Shown: positions 13,216 through 27,741, counted from the stretch's first letter. The stretch: DNA of 64,000 nucleotides from Glycera tridactyla (GCA_965644265.1 OZ286461.1:49600001-49664000); one strand, 5' to 3'. The notes: a model not told the origin generated them from the letters alone. A program made the numbers and translations.

Positions 13216-14189
13216 AGTCTCTAATTTCACTGGGCACTTCATTTTGATGTGGTCTTCCTCTATTTCGACAAAAAGTTGGACTGCTTTGAAGTTCGAGCGC
13301 GCACGCAAATCTATGTATCCAACCCAGTATTTTAGGGTATAGTCATAAAACTTCTGTTCCCATCAACGACACCCCCAATATACGCGTACACAGCTGAAGA
13401 CAAATTCACACACAAACAATAACTTCAATGGAAACAGACTACGTACACACGTACTCACGAATACACAACATTGTGACTTCTCTATTTTGCACTTTTTCAA
13501 CACATGCATTCTGTTTACCAATTTTGTAATTTGAATGTATCTTCTTCTCCGAACTACATTGCTCTATTGTTAACGTGTTGATCAATCTCAACATGCCTAC
13601 AGAAAAATGTTTTTGCTTGGACAGATATACACATTGGAGATTAGCTCTTATTCGATGCAATCATATTAAAACAGAAGCATCACCAGCAACAATTTGTATT
13701 CGTGATACTGAAGGCGACTGATATGGCCGTCTTCCGTCTGTTTATTTTCAGGAAACCTAGCAACTAGATCGTTTTATTTAGTCTGAAATGTGAATTTTAT
13801 GTTAGTAGTGTTGATGTATTGTGTCAGATATTGACTTCATTCGTTGTTGATGACTTCGCGCTGTTCGACAGCGTATGCCTTACACTGCTAAATTGTTCAC
13901 TCTGTAGGGACTACTAGCACCTTCCTCAAAATCAACCTGTATTGCAGCGTAACTTATTCCAGCAGTAGTGGATGGCGAACATTACACATATTCTTCCATC
14001 GACATGGAACTGGAGAATAACAAGATATTGTTGTGGGTGAGGGTAATGGTGTTTGAGATGAAACCAGTATTCGAGACATGGCTCGCGACACCGTTAAGGT
14101 TTCAGGCTATAATAATTGGCACCTATAAGCTACTTTGTTGAATCATTGTGGGGACTGTTGTGCTTACTCTCGATCCCGTACAACATATA

Positions 14190-14907
14190 TGATGACAGTG
14201 ATGACGATCATGATGAGAGTAATGATGATGATGATAATAATAATGATAAAATAATGATAATGATAATAATATCAATGATGATAATGATAATGCTAACAAT
14301 AACAATAACAATAATAGTAATGATAATAGTATTAATANNNNNNNNNNNNNNNNNNNNNNNNNNNNNNNNNNNNNNNNNNNNNNNNNNNNNNNNNNNNNNN
14401 NNNNNNNNNNNNNNNNNNNNNNNNNNNNNNNNNNNNNNNNNNNNNNNNNNNNNNNNNNNNNNNNNNNNNNNNNNNNNNNNNNNNNNNNNNNNNNNNNNNN
14501 NNNNNNNNNNNNNNNNNNNNNNNNNNNNNNNNNNNNNNNNNNNNNNNNNNNNNNNNNNNNNNNNNNNNNNNNNNNNNNNNNNNNNNNNNNNNNNNNNNNN
14601 NNNNNNNNNNNNNNNNNNNNNNNNNNNNNNNNNNNNNNNNNNNNNNNNNNNNNNNNNNNNNNNNNNNNNNNNNNNNNNNNNNNNNNNNNNNNNNNNNNNN
14701 NNNNNNNNNNNNNNNNNNNNNNNNNNNNNNNNNNNNNNNNNNNNNNNNNNNNNNNNNNNNNNNNNNNNNNNNNNNNNNNNNNNNNNNNNNNNNNNNNNNN
14801 NNNNNNNNNNNNNNNNNNNNNNNNNNNNNNNNNNNNNNNNNNNNNNNNNNNNNNNNNNNNNNNNNNNNNNNNNNNNNNNNNNNNNNNNNNNNNNNNNNNN
14901 NNNNNNN
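14190..14907. repeat. (AAT/GAT)n microsatellite running into an N-gap
   Basis: Visible directly. Confidence 0.9.
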
Positions 14908-16177
14908 CGACCCAGTAACATACATGCGAAAATTGCACATCCACGAATCGAACTGCGACAGCCGCCTATAGACTCTCAAACAAACAACTATACTCTCCCA
15001 AATAGTAACATGGAGGCACAACCTGATAACAGAAAATCGGTAATGTAACTCAGGTATCATGAAACTCTGATCCAACATTTGACTTTTTCTATCAAGCCAA
15101 TTGAGTAAATATACATCTTACAATATCACATAGAAATATCCACATTATATCACCCCCTCTATCTGATCATTGTAAACGGAGTATAACCGACTTACACTGA
15201 CTGACAAAAGAAGGAAGAAAGTCGCCAGGACGGGAAGTACCGAAAACACCTGACGACAGAAACTCCGTACCACCACGATGTCGTTGCTGATGTCCTTGCT
15301 AGATAAAGAAGATTAAAGAAGAAGAATGATATAACTCACTGTTTGTCATCATTGAAACGCTGAACATTCTACTAAGCCAATCAGGAATACACGTATATAC
15401 ACTTATGTACATGTACACACACACTATGCACCATTACAACCTATACATGCACATACACCGGAACTCGCACACACCACACACACCTACACCAGCAAACGAA
15501 CAACGACACACCACCACCCTACACAACATAGCACCAATGTATCTACTCACTTATACATGACAACAATCAACAGTGACCAAAAGTGCCTTGTTCTTGAATG
15601 TCTCATCTACAGACTTCGGCCTACCCTTTTATTTTTTATTTCACCTTTGACCAAATTTTATATAGAGTGAAACATATCACAGCCCTTCAGAAAAAACCAA
15701 TCTATTTGACAACAGCCACCCCCACATAATTACCCAATAACAGCCCCGAGAAACATATATGAATAAGACATTTGAACCCAGATTATCATTTACCTTTATG
15801 TCAAACACCAGAAACAATAAAACAAAAGGGGATTAACGAGACCCCAAGAAACTAAGATAAGACATTCAAGAAACAATGAATGATCCCTGCCAAGGTCCGG
15901 TCACAATACTCATTGTGACATGACAATGACAGGAATCAGCCACCAGATGGAGCAAGAACTCATGGTTGCTACCCACCCTAGCAACTGTACCATACAAAGG
16001 CCAGGAGGAGTGGGCATCAGCTCACTCTGCCTGGCAAAGTCAGAGGGAGAAGGTCATTCCTTCCAGCCACCTGAAGAAGGCCAGACACACGGCCGAAAAC
16101 GTTCGTGGGACAAAAGGAATAGATTCGAACAAAAAAATCGGAAGGTTGTATTGGTTGTGGTGACTCCTCCTCAGTCT

Positions 16178-16320
16178 GAATAATAATAATGATAATAATG
16201 ATAATAATGATAATAATGATAATAATGGAAATAATAATAATAATAATGATAAAAATGATGATAATAATAATGATAATGATAATGATAACAATAATGATGA
16301 TGATGGTGAAGATGAAGAAA
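16178..16320. repeat. (ATA/ATG)n microsatellite
   Basis: Visible directly. Confidence 0.95.
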
Positions 16321-17349
16321 AACTAAAACGGAATTTTCCATTGTTTCCCACTCTTTTCTGCTTGAACGGATCCCTGTTGACAGTGCATTCAATCATGCCT
16401 GCCTTCTCGAACTTTTCCTAACCCAAACTAAGCAAAAATAATTAGAAAAGAAAGTACATTTCAAATGGTAATCTATCGCATCCACAGTCATTTTCGGACC
16501 CGTTTTGGTGAATGATACGGAGCCAATCTTGATATGAGTCACACTCAACTGCCTCATTGGATCAGCTGCAAACATAAAGTAGGCCTAATGTGGGTCTCCC
16601 CGAGGCAGCTCATTGCCGGACATTTGGCAAAGAACAGCTCCATGATGGGTGATCCAAATTGCCTCATTCATCTGTGTCTCAGACAGCGCCAGCTGGGACC
16701 AGAGGTTAGCTCTATCGGATCACTTAGCAAAGATCTTCCGTAATCAGAAGTAATCCCGGACACAGAGCATGGGACTGGGAACCGGAATTGAAGGAATTAG
16801 AAGAGATAGTGGCAGATGACTGCATAATTTCATCATTGGTTAACTATTATTGCAATCATTGAGTTGTTTGATGTGTTTCTATCATCACTATAACGTAGCT
16901 CTACAAAAATCAGATCATCTTCAGCTCTGTCCCTGTTGAGATTTGGTTGATGGAAAACTTTTCTGGGCGTCTACCTGCTTCTTTTCATCGGTCTGTCTCT
17001 CTATGTGTCNNNNNNNNNNNNNNNNNNNNNNNNNNNNNNNNNNNNNNNNNNNNNNNNNNNNNNNNNNNNNNNNNNNNNNNNNNNNNNNNNNNNNNNNNNN
17101 NNNNNNNNNNNNNNNNNNNNNNNNNNNNNNNNNNNNNNNNNNNNNNNNNNNNNNNNNNNNNNNNNNNNNNNNNNNNNNNNNNNNNNNNNNNNNNNNNNNN
17201 NNNNNNNTCGCTTACTGATGATTGATGTTGTCCAGTCAAGGCCAACAAGGCCAACAAACAATGACAGCGCAATTAAAAAGTTTCGAATAGATCTCCATCC
17301 TGCAATTAGGCCTGTAATCTTGCTGAAACCAGGCATGAACATGCGACAA

Positions 17350-17475
17350 GATCAAGCGATAGGCCATTTGTTCACGTGGGCAAACCACAGTACGAGATCT
17401 GCCCAACTCCCCAGCCCTAACATCCGAAAACCGGAGATCTTTAAGATTGCAATGAAAAGATTATTGATAAATATA
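17350..17475 (+). mobile_element. Possible CR1/L2 ORF2 extreme C-terminus remnant
   Basis: QLPSPNIRKPEIFKIAMKRLL resembles WN.LP..IR....EIFK..LK..L. Short match. Confidence 0.3.
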
Positions 17476-18869
17476 TGTGTCTTATTGAAGATGGCTGTCG
17501 TTAGCGAGTTTATATACAGTTAAATGAACCTATTTAATCAGGTACGTTATTCACAGAAATAATGGCCATCATCTAATCACACCATATAAGTCATCTTCAT
17601 TTCAACTCATATCATCTACATTTGTGAATAGTCATAATGATTCATCGTATTTAATACTATGTAATACACATCGTCACTCTGAAGACGAATGGCATGTAAA
17701 TTCAACTGTGTGGGAAATAAAGAGTTTTGCTCAATGGGTTTGTGATGTAGAATACTGATCTACTTTGTGGAAGACCAGGCGTGGTTTTCAGAATCATACA
17801 GCAGCAGGCAAATATGACTTGAATCTCCAGGGACAGGTCACGAAGGTATGGTCAGGGTTTATGGTCATCCGGAAATCCTAACTGATCAGACAGTGGAAGA
17901 AAGACGAATCTTCCTGCTGCTGGGCAGTAGCTGAGGGACTTGCTGGATGGTCTAGCCTGTCAATTAGTGTCTGTCATATGGATGTCAGCGGGGACGTTTC
18001 TCAGAGGAGTAGGCTATTCAGGGGCAAGATAATTGAGCTGCCAGCGAACTCCATCTTACCAGATTCTACTTGCTCTATGAGCAGGGACAAATCAAAGCTT
18101 GGACGTAGATGTGCCCTCTGACTCGCTCGACTATACATGTGACTTCCCCACATACTTGCATGATCTTGTATAGCTACTGTTTACAATACACCAATGCGGG
18201 CACTCCCATGGACACGTCTAGAATTGCACTCAGAGTGTCCCAAGTACGGACAACTTCACATTTCATTGGGGCCCAAATGAAGCACCCTCAACCGAACAAT
18301 CAAGCAAACGAGCGGTCAATTACGCAATCGGGCCCTGCCAACACAGGCTCACACATTGAGTTTGGACGCACATAGCAACTACCAGCATGTTTGTCTCATC
18401 CTAGCCGCCAGTCATTTGCTCACCGTGATCGATGACTTCACTTTGCAGGGAACTAATTGACAACTAACACTGGTAGTCCTATATATAAGATCCCATTTAT
18501 GCAGTATGCGATAAAATGAAGTTATACGGTTTATATCGCTAAGCAACTTCGGTTGAGAAAGTCATCTGGAATATCTGCACAATAATTTGATGCTTATATC
18601 TATCGGGTATCTCATATATGAATTTTGCAAAGTGACAATTGGGAGAGGATTCCACTCTATCGGCATCAGCATTTTGTCTTCAGAATATCTTCTTTTGTAC
18701 TGGACTTTCTGTGTTCAAATGTCCTGAGAACATGAGTTGAAAGGTAGAAGTCACTGTTGCTTTGCAGAGCTACTGAGAAACATCTTCACCTAAAGTCAGA
18801 TGTTGTAGACCTCAAGGTGATTGAATATAGATGGATGTTAGACAACATAGGATGTGTCACACGTATTCA

Positions 18870-19190
18870 TAATATTGTACTCGATCGCAAAACCTGTGGT
18901 GCTGCCAAATGTGTAACATCCATGCATCTACCCGGTCCTTCCGTCATGCCCCTCGTGTCAACCGCCCACGACCCCTCTAAACATTAGAACAACCATAATA
19001 ATTGGTGCATTTGAATATCGGTTACCCACAGTCTGTGAAGGTCGGTCACGATAAGGGATATGGAAATGTTTATCATCACAAAAATCCATAACGGGATACA
19101 TGATCCAAAAAGTTCTGAAACGATCAGTGACCAATGTGTAGATGCACATTCACGTTGGGATCGGCTACGGTTTTTTTCGAAGAACTATCG
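18870..19190 (+). mobile_element. Decayed CR1-type LINE ORF2 3' remnant
   Basis: Colinear LDRKTCGAAKCVT ... LPTV ... RDMEMFIITKIHNGIHD ... RFFS (cf. LERVQRRAAKFV, LPTL.YRR.RGDMIE.YKI.NGIYD, FFS). Frameshifted. Confidence 0.35.
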
Positions 19191-19514
19191 TGAAAGTGGG
19201 ACGGCTGCTCTTGCCTTATTAGTGCTCTCATCATGGTGGATAATGATGTTTCCTTCTCATCACCCCATCATTAATGACTATACGAACGGGCCAGTTCTGG
19301 CGTTAATGGCAGCGTAACCGATAATCTTCACATATTTCTTATTATATACATATCTCCGATGCTCTCGATCTATTCGCTGCTGTGAATGTGATCGGCATCA
19401 TTAGCCGGCTATTACTGCGTCTAGATATCTGACCTCCAAGACAGACTACCCAAAAAGAGTAGCATCAGTCGTCATGGTTCCAGTATAGCCCCATAGAAAT
19501 CACAAGCAGATATT

Positions 19515-19590
19515 CTATCCATCTATCTATCTATCGATCGATCTATCGATCTATCTATCTATCCATCTATCTATCTATCCATTCATCAGT
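19515..19590. repeat. (TCTA)n microsatellite
   Basis: Visible directly. Confidence 0.95.
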
Positions 19591-19933
19591 CTATCCCTCT
19601 AAGCTCTTTCTTATCTCTTCAGTGAAATGGTCTCAGTTGTAGGTGGCTGACGGTTTTCCTGCTGCAGATATTGTCACAATGCAAAACGCTGGTACCAGGC
19701 ACACCAGTTATGGGTTGCTAGGGCTGCGACTAGGTTTACTAGGTTGTGTGATGACATTGTACTGCAAGCATAAGGCAAGCTATGATTGTAAAACTGGTTT
19801 GAGGTTGACATTTAAGTATTCTCTGAACCTAATGCTTTTCCTTGTTTCAAGTACTGCGCTTTGCGAAAAAAAGCATAGCTATCAGGCTTGAGTGTTAGCT
19901 TCCAGCCAGTCACATAGTTAGATATGCCATCAT

Positions 19934-20160
19934 CAGGTTCAATCTGTCTTTTTTGTAGAGTAGGTGGAGTTGTGTCTGTACCGTTAGCTACTTCCATTTG
20001 ACAACCTTTCAGGTTCCCCATCATGTTGTGTTCAGGGTTCATGAGAGTGATGTCTGCAGGGGAGAGAACATCTAGCTTTCATAAACTATGAACACATAGC
20101 ATACATAATCCTGTGGGTTGATACATGCCGTTAAACGTCAATCAATCAAACAAACAAAAA
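19934..20160 (+). mobile_element. SINE-like repeat, copy 1 (3' part with AAAC/AATC tail)
   Basis: Homologous over ~200 bp to the reverse complement of 62396-62620, including the identical 35-mer CATACATAATCCTGTGGGTTGATACATGCCGTTAA, followed by a short-tandem tail. Confidence 0.65.
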
Positions 20161-20559
20161 CGAACTCTCTGTTTTTTCAGTTTGTCCACCCACCTTCCCG
20201 CCCACCCACCAGCCCGCCCGTCTGCCCGTCCTTCCATACGCCAGTCTGTATGTCCGTCTATCAATCTATCTTTCCATCTATCCATATACATATCATCCTC
20301 TATATTTCGGACGATATTTTAGACGATCCTTCCGTTTACATTTTGAATCACCTATCCTATTTGGCAAGCGATTGGCGCACATTCTTGACAAATGGCGCTT
20401 CATGATATGATTGATGAAAGACTCAGAATATAATCTCTCCCTTCCAATTATTTCATTTACAGGTGAGGTGCAGGTTCTCATAGGAAGCAGGTAGATTATT
20501 TTCGATATATATATATATCTCCAGGATACTTCTGGCTGCGCTTGACAGGTTCTCGGGCA

Positions 20560-20855
20560 CAATAATTTTCATCTGGTCATGTTGAGACAAAAACATTCAT
20601 AAAACCTCAAGATGAGCGTGCAGTAGGACTTTCTACTTGCAAATAAATGAGCTGGATACCAGTGGAAGTGGCACACTTTGTACACCACAAACACATGCTC
20701 ACATTCTGATATATGGACTGCTCCCATAGCTACCTTCAAAGTCTGTGACCTTGCAGTTTCAGAAGGATCTCCTTGCATGTAACATTTACTTTTGACTGAC
20801 ATTCACACAAAAACTTGACAGCCATCGTGCTGTCAACCTTCACCTTCTGTGACAT
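20560..20855 (-). mobile_element. Decayed mariner transposase N-terminal (HTH) remnant
   Basis: MAVKFLCECQSKVNVTCKEILLKLQG then (frameshift) AMGAVHISECEHVFVVYKVC...ASRKSYCT resembles RAVIKFL...K...EIH.RLQ.VYG...LS...VF.WYKRF...SGRPST. Confidence 0.45.
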
Positions 20856-21699
20856 ATGTCTCCTGTCTCCAAACAGAGCTGTAGTTCCTGCCACCGTGTT
20901 ATGTTGCACAGTCACAACTTAACATGAGCTGGTTATTCAAATTTCAGAGTTTGTTTGTTTGTATATAGTTTATTATGAAAAATAATAACATTTTATCATC
21001 AGAAATATAGTATAACATTCGTGGTAGTTATTATCGTTATTATCACCAGCACCTGTTCAAATGTTGAACATGACTGGTACACATTTTTTGACATTTGATT
21101 TCAAACCCCCAGATGATATCTTCGATACATGCAGAGTGTAATCAATGCAGTGACTGCAAATTGTTATGTCATGTCAACATATGCCTTTGAATCATGACAT
21201 ATTAACACATGGAAGTCGGAAGGATAAGAATTCTACATGGCTAAGACAATCCGTGCTGATTGTTGAGTGATCAGACTGGATGGAGATAGCTGGCTGTAAG
21301 AATTGGCATTGTCTGGTGTGGCAGCATCTCTAATGCTGGCAGTCATAGTCAGGTCAAATGTGTAGAAACTGGGCCGGGATACACTTGGCCGAACACTTGG
21401 CCCTGCTTTCCAAGTGAGTAGTGATGGTATACCTAAGCAAACATTTTTGACAGCATGACAGTTATAATGTAGGTGGATACCACAAAGCAGCCGTATTATA
21501 TGCAATACTCTATATCCCACCATCTCCGGTTCGTTGTTTAGTGTTCAGGTTCATCCTGGCGATATAATGCATGACCCCCTTCCCCTGCAGCGGCATCTCC
21601 ACGATATTCGACGATTCCAGGACTCTAATTCCTGAATTGTATTCGAAGGAGGGTGAGCTATGGAACTCATCTTTCCACCGAGTATGACTCCACAATGAA

Positions 21700-21980
21700 A
21701 GCGGTCCACACGCGGAGTATGCAGCTACTGTCCCAGAGGGCCATAAATAAGTTTTTACTCATTTGTTACTTGGTCCTCCTGCCAGGTGGACGACATTGGT
21801 GATTTCTGTAATTGTATCTTGATGTCTGCTGGTCCAGTGCCTGGGGGGAAATTGGCATAAGGCATCATTTGTAACTAGCATCCACACTACTTCACTTCCC
21901 CTCCCTCCACATTATCCAATACTCCTTCTCCTTTACATAAGGGGTTGCATATTTAAGATGAGTGGCATTTGACATTTACC
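21700..21980 (-). mobile_element. Possible I-group LINE endonuclease remnant
   Basis: Weak colinear motifs KG..LD, LVTND, PGTG.ADI...SP (cf. KG..LE, LLNDG, PGTG.SAIDL...SP). Confidence 0.25.
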
Positions 21981-22159
21981 CAGGTACATGTGCACATCAT
22001 GTCAGCAAGGTAGAATGATGTATTTTCAAAAATCGAAAATGAAGGACTGTGTGCATAGAGGACATATGCACATCGAATGCAGATCGAGCAGTCTGGTATT
22101 TTGAGGTACATGGATGAAATCCACATCGACATTTTTCACATGTACTAACGTCTTATACA

Positions 22160-22160
<1 letters not shown>

Positions 22161-22231
<71 letters not shown>
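22161..22231. repeat. (TG)n microsatellite
   Basis: Perfect dinucleotide run. Confidence 0.98.
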
Positions 22232-22235
<4 letters not shown>

Positions 22236-25200
22236 GAATGGAAAGCGTATGAACCCTTTTGCTCATCCCCATACACACATCATGGCGGAGTACTTTCCAT
22301 CGTTCGGATAAATATTTGACAGCATAGGCTTTACAGGGTAGAGGGTGCAAAATAAATACAAAAAAGGGCCGGTTTGATGTATTCAGCATAATTATCAGGG
22401 CCGAGTGCTGGTCGTCCTTTGTCCACGTCGGCTTCAATTAAGCTCCCCTTCACACTGGTGGCTTGTTAGCAAACCTGACAGTCACATTTACGGACATCTA
22501 GCTTGTCACGTACAGGCGAGTGGCTTGTAAACTCGATGTGAATGGCATCCGGCATTTTTCCTCAGTCATCTAGTATCCATTAAGGAAGTCAGAAAGTGTT
22601 GCCGTTTTCAATTATCATCCTGCTGATAGAAACGTCTATCCACGCTCATGTTTTTCTACATTGACCTTTGGATGATGTTTCCTGTATGTATATTCAAGGT
22701 GCTGGCTGAATGCCGAGTCATCACTTGGCGTTGTTTCATGTGTGTTCTTGCATATATATGTATATTCACGTCGGTGAGACAGCTACGACCAGTTTGGCAG
22801 ACACGGAGGGAAACATGTCGTTGGAAGGACAGACAGACGGGACATACAGGTAGACAGGCACCGATGACAAATAGATGACTGAATGGGTGGAAAGGTCAAT
22901 GGATTGGTGGACGGGCAGACAGGCGGGTGGACAGGTCAATGGACNNNNNNNNNNNNNNNNNNNNNNNNNNNNNNNNNNNNNNNNNNNNNNNNNNNNNNNN
23001 NNNNNNNNNNNNNNNNNNNNNNNNNNNNNNNNNNNNNNNNNNNNNNNNNNNNNNNNNNNNNNNNNNNNNNNNNNNNNNNNNNNNNNNNNNNNNNNNNNNN
23101 NNNNNNNNNNNNNNNNNNNNNNNNNNNNNNNNNNNNNNNNNNNNNNNNNNNNNNNNNNNNNNNNNNNNNNNNNNNNNNNNNNNNNNNNNNNNNNNNNNNN
23201 NNNNNNNNNNNNNNNNNNNNNNNNNNNNNNNNNNNNNNNNNNNNNNNNNNNNNNNNNNNNNNNNNNNNNNNNNNNNNNNNNNNNNNNNNNNNNNNNNNNN
23301 NNNNNNNNNNNNNTTGAACATTTGAGACCATAGAATATGCAACGAATCATGACAGATATGGAGCCTACAATAAATTTGGTGACGAGTGTTCGAAAAATAG
23401 TGAAATATAGATATTCGTGAAGTTTGTGATGAAATTCCATGTTCCCGCTTGAATGGACATGTAGCTCAATTATTTCTCCATGATTAGTCATCCAAGAATC
23501 ATCGCTCATGAAAGAGGTTCCATGCGCTAGTGAGTAACCAAAAATCCATATTTTAATATAAATGTAAATTTGAATATTATCACTAAGCAAGAGAATAATG
23601 ATTCTTCATCGACATGCTTTTTTCTATCTCATGTCTCATTCGTGCGGGATTGATGTTCGAACACTTTTTCTCCGAGCACTCCGAATGTTATTGCTTGCGG
23701 AGATTGGGAATAGAGAAAACCATTGATTGGTATCAATTCCGATCCACTATGTACGATACCGGCTATAATGACTTTCTCTTATATTCATCTCAAACAAAAG
23801 GTCATGCGTGAGGAGATCGGTATGCACTAACTGCTCACATAGAGAGGTCATTCACACCTGGGCCGAGTGGAAAGTAGGCTCCAGCGATTTGTCTCTCTCA
23901 AGAGCTAATGATTGTGCACCTTGTTACCATGTCATCGACTTTCTACCCCGATGGCATTGTTTCAATCTGAGGGAACGGGTGAATTCATGAATATATGGGC
24001 TTGAAAATACATGGACTGTAAAATCAAAAGAATGGCTCGCTGGTGTATTGTAAAAAACCTTTATTACGCAAGTGATATATGTGTCATGTTCAGAGAAAAA
24101 GAGCGAGTATCACTATATAATTTGGTATTCTTGGTAGAAAAAAGTACCAATGTGATGAATGTGAGACTAAGTAGTTTAGATAGGAAATGATCTCCTGGCG
24201 GGGCACCATTGATGAATCATCATGACATTTCATGGAATGACCTGCCCTCATTATATCGTGCAGGTAAACCTTCAGTACTGGTAACGTCTTTGCACTTGAC
24301 ATGAATATACAGTGACTGCCGTGACCACAAGAAAGGTTCATAGACAGGTAGACTGCGGGCTATACGGCTTCATCAGCTGATAGATGAGAACCATGTAGTG
24401 GTGATCTCTAACCTTTGAAAATGAGCATGTGCTATACGCCGAATTAGAAAAATATGGCCGTAGAATAGCGGGATACTTATAACAGAGAAAGAAATTTCCA
24501 ATTTGGATTGTTCGCATTCTGGCCCCGTCAATTATCTTCGAGATAGGTCAGTCCAGCTAGTCGAGATTTTTCAGTTTTAGTTTTAGATATTCACAGGCAA
24601 TAGCTTTCTCAAAGCTTCCCATTATTGGTTCCTGCTTCAACCTGGATGGTTTGTCATTCCATTGTCCGTCTAAAAGCACGGCATAGCATCTCAGAGACAT
24701 TGACTGCCGGGCGGAACAGTCACTGACAGGAGAGGTTCACATAAAACCTGTTGATAAATCATTGTGTTCATATGGTTCCTCTTATCTTCACATTAGAAGA
24801 AGATGGGTATCTAGAAGTCTTTCGATGTAAATGGTTCATTATAATCCTGAACAATCCTGATACTAGGTTCTAAAGCTTGATCCACACACTGAGAATGTCG
24901 CAACTTACGGTGAACAATCTTCTGAGAAATTGGCGGAGATGTAAGCAGAGTGACCAGACGAAGCCACATCCTATAACTTTCTTTCTTATTGTATCAGAGT
25001 GACATCCCTTAAAAGACAGGACATGGTTTCTATATGGATTCGAAGCCTTTTCTCCCAGCTGGTTCCTGTTACTAGGTGTCATCTAGGAAGGCAGTCTGAT
25101 GTCATATTCCACTATCATCCATTCTATAGGGAGCTGCTTGTATTTGTCTTAGTTTCACGACGGTCAGCATCATCTAATCATACTGCGTGCATCATTTCCG

Positions 25201-25759
25201 TGATTGGGTCACCAGTTAATCAGGACACTCGCCACAACACACGCCTGAGGGGTGATGATGTACACAACTGACTTACACTAGCAATAGCACCAGCATTCCG
25301 TGCTCAGAATATCACTCACAATCTGTGGATGGAGTCAACTTCATGCAATGTCAAATTGGTATCCGCCACATTTATCTTACCATGTTCGAATGATCAATAG
25401 TGACACTTCTCAGCGATCACCGGATGAGTTTTAGGTTCCTCAGGGGTGCCACATTGGGACCATAACTTTTTTCATCTGAAATCAAGCGACTAGTCTAAAA
25501 AGGAGCTGTGCAACAGTATCACAAGCTACTCCATTATCGTGGCACTTTCTACAACACCTGGGATTCTGAAAGATAAATTCACCGAGCAAGCATCGTACAG
25601 TGCGCGCGAAGATAACACAGGGAGCACACCTGTTTCAATTAACCATAATCCAATGTTACCGTAAAAGAATACCAGAGAACAATTGGCTTCGTCTAAATCA
25701 GCCGTCATGCTGATTGGATGATTGACCCAATACGTTCACAATCCTCCATTATGTCTGAT

Positions 25760-26480
25760 ATCAACACAGGACACAGATGCGCATTCTGTTGATTATCATT
25801 ACGGACTAGATTGATGGCACCATCATATATTGAGGAGAAATAGACATATTCTATACTTCGCTCAATTCCAGTAGGCCAGAAAACCCTTCATTGTTGTCCC
25901 AAGCATAAGAGAATGAAGGTCCATGAGACATTGATTGAATTTTGTCGGACCTTGCAATTTTCTCATTCAGGTATCCAGCTTTGTTGCGGGGCTCCATTGT
26001 CAGTTTCCTGTCAGTTATATATTTCGATATGCCACACATTGCTTCATTGGTGTTATGGAATCTCGATGGTGCTATGAGAGTCAATACCACTCCATGATCG
26101 TACAGTCTCTCTTTCATCTGCTATCACCGCCCCCTCCACTCAACAATCAATCGGTTGTGCTGCTTTATTGGGAATGTACACGGAACAGTCTGCATACCGG
26201 AGATGACTGCAAATCAGCCATTGTGCGGAGCTAGCAAAAACATGTGCCTGTTGCTTTATACCCACGCTACAGATTTATAACGCATCAGCCGAGCGACTCA
26301 TGTCAACAAATCCGCCATAATGGGAATGTATGCGATCACCATACGGCTTCTTCAAGCCATCAACAATCAACCAGTTTAGGTCGAGCATAGATTGCGCGTA
26401 CGACAAACGTTCACAACACGCCAGAACCCCCGAATCTCTCTTCGTAAGTTTGACTGCATGGCCCACACCCAGCTGAGCCA
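25760..26480 (-). mobile_element. Decayed I/Nimb-type LINE reverse transcriptase remnant
   Basis: Minus-strand KYITDRKLTMEP...YLNEKIARSDKIQSMSH...AWD resembles KFLG..FDRKLTW.PHI.YL..KC.K.LN.L..LS...WG.D. An upstream segment has GV...LS...YGD spacing like the GVPQGS...YxDD block. Heavily mutated. Confidence 0.4.
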
Positions 26481-27279
26481 CAATATTTCGAATGGGCTAT
26501 GAAAACCGACATCAAGTTTAACAGAATGAACCGATACCTATGACTTTATTATTTGGAAGATCAGATGTCTTTCATCACAAACCTACACATAGGATGTTGT
26601 CATTGCCGGTGGCTCTATAAGATCACACTCTCAGTACATTGTTACACAGTTCAAAAGCTTCGACACATCATGTTTGAATCCAATTATGCTATGCATATTT
26701 ACATATCATATCACCTATGAAGGGTAGGATGTTCAAGAAGGTTATCTATTCTTGGGTTACTCCTCGGGTAAACAGCAACTGATTGCGATCGCTTTCTCGC
26801 CAGGTGATATTCATTGCTGATTACCATCCATATTGCTTGCTATTAGCAAGCATTGGCGTTATTTATATCCTGCCTGCATTTGATGGATTGCGGAGATGAA
26901 CTGGCGTACCCTTATAAGACCGATCTTTTATGGAGATAAGAGGATCTACTTCATTTAGATTGTGGTTGCAGCTTCCTAGCGTGGAGCTCTCACGATTGGT
27001 TGAAAGCATCCCCTTTTTAAGTCAGTCCTCAATAAGTATCGAACCTAATATATGGGACTTTGGGTTACTCATTAACGTTTTGGTAAGATTTCGGTCCATC
27101 GTCTTTGCTTGGCTTCTGTCACATAAATGACAGACCGCTGCCGTAAATGACCCATGCTCCCCACGCCTTGTTGAGCATATTGGTTGGCTCACAGCATTAA
27201 AGGCCTCTCCAAATTCGAGATGACTTGATGAAAATTTCAGGGAAAGCATATGAATTTTCGGAATATTATACATTACTGA

Positions 27280-27683
27280 ACATATACATACTCTCACTCA
27301 GCCACACTTGTACACACACTCGTGCTCCCACAACCTTGATATATCCCACCCGTACACTCACACATAGTCACCCACCAACACCCACCCACAGGCATTGACA
27401 TAGACACAGACATATGCACGGTCACAGACAGGCACACACGCGGTGAATGAAGCTAGGGTAGTAAAATTATAGGGAAATAAGCTTAGGTGGTGTAGGGAAA
27501 GGCTCAGGTGGGCCACCTAAGACTTTATATAGCATGGAAAACCCGGAATATCACCCCACACAAACACACAAAGAAACACACACACACACACACACACACA
27601 AACGGACATTCTCACACAAACCCACTTACTCTCACACACACAAAACACACAGAACTACACACACACACCCACGCACACACCCA

Positions 27684-27741
<58 letters not shown>

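Noticed and set aside
16420-16630. RGDPH*AYFMFAADPM resembling the L1/Tx1 RT motif QGDPLSPYLF
   Set aside because: Too degenerate, with no clear YADD; left uncalled.
24590-24700. Minus-strand CYAVLLDGQWNDKP...IACE resembling a C-type lectin WND motif
   Set aside because: The conserved Cys after WND is missing, the spacing is wrong, and there are no splice sites.
27000-27082. EPNIWDFGLL resembling a kinase DFG motif before a GTAAGA donor
   Set aside because: There is no HRD motif upstream and no other kinase exons.
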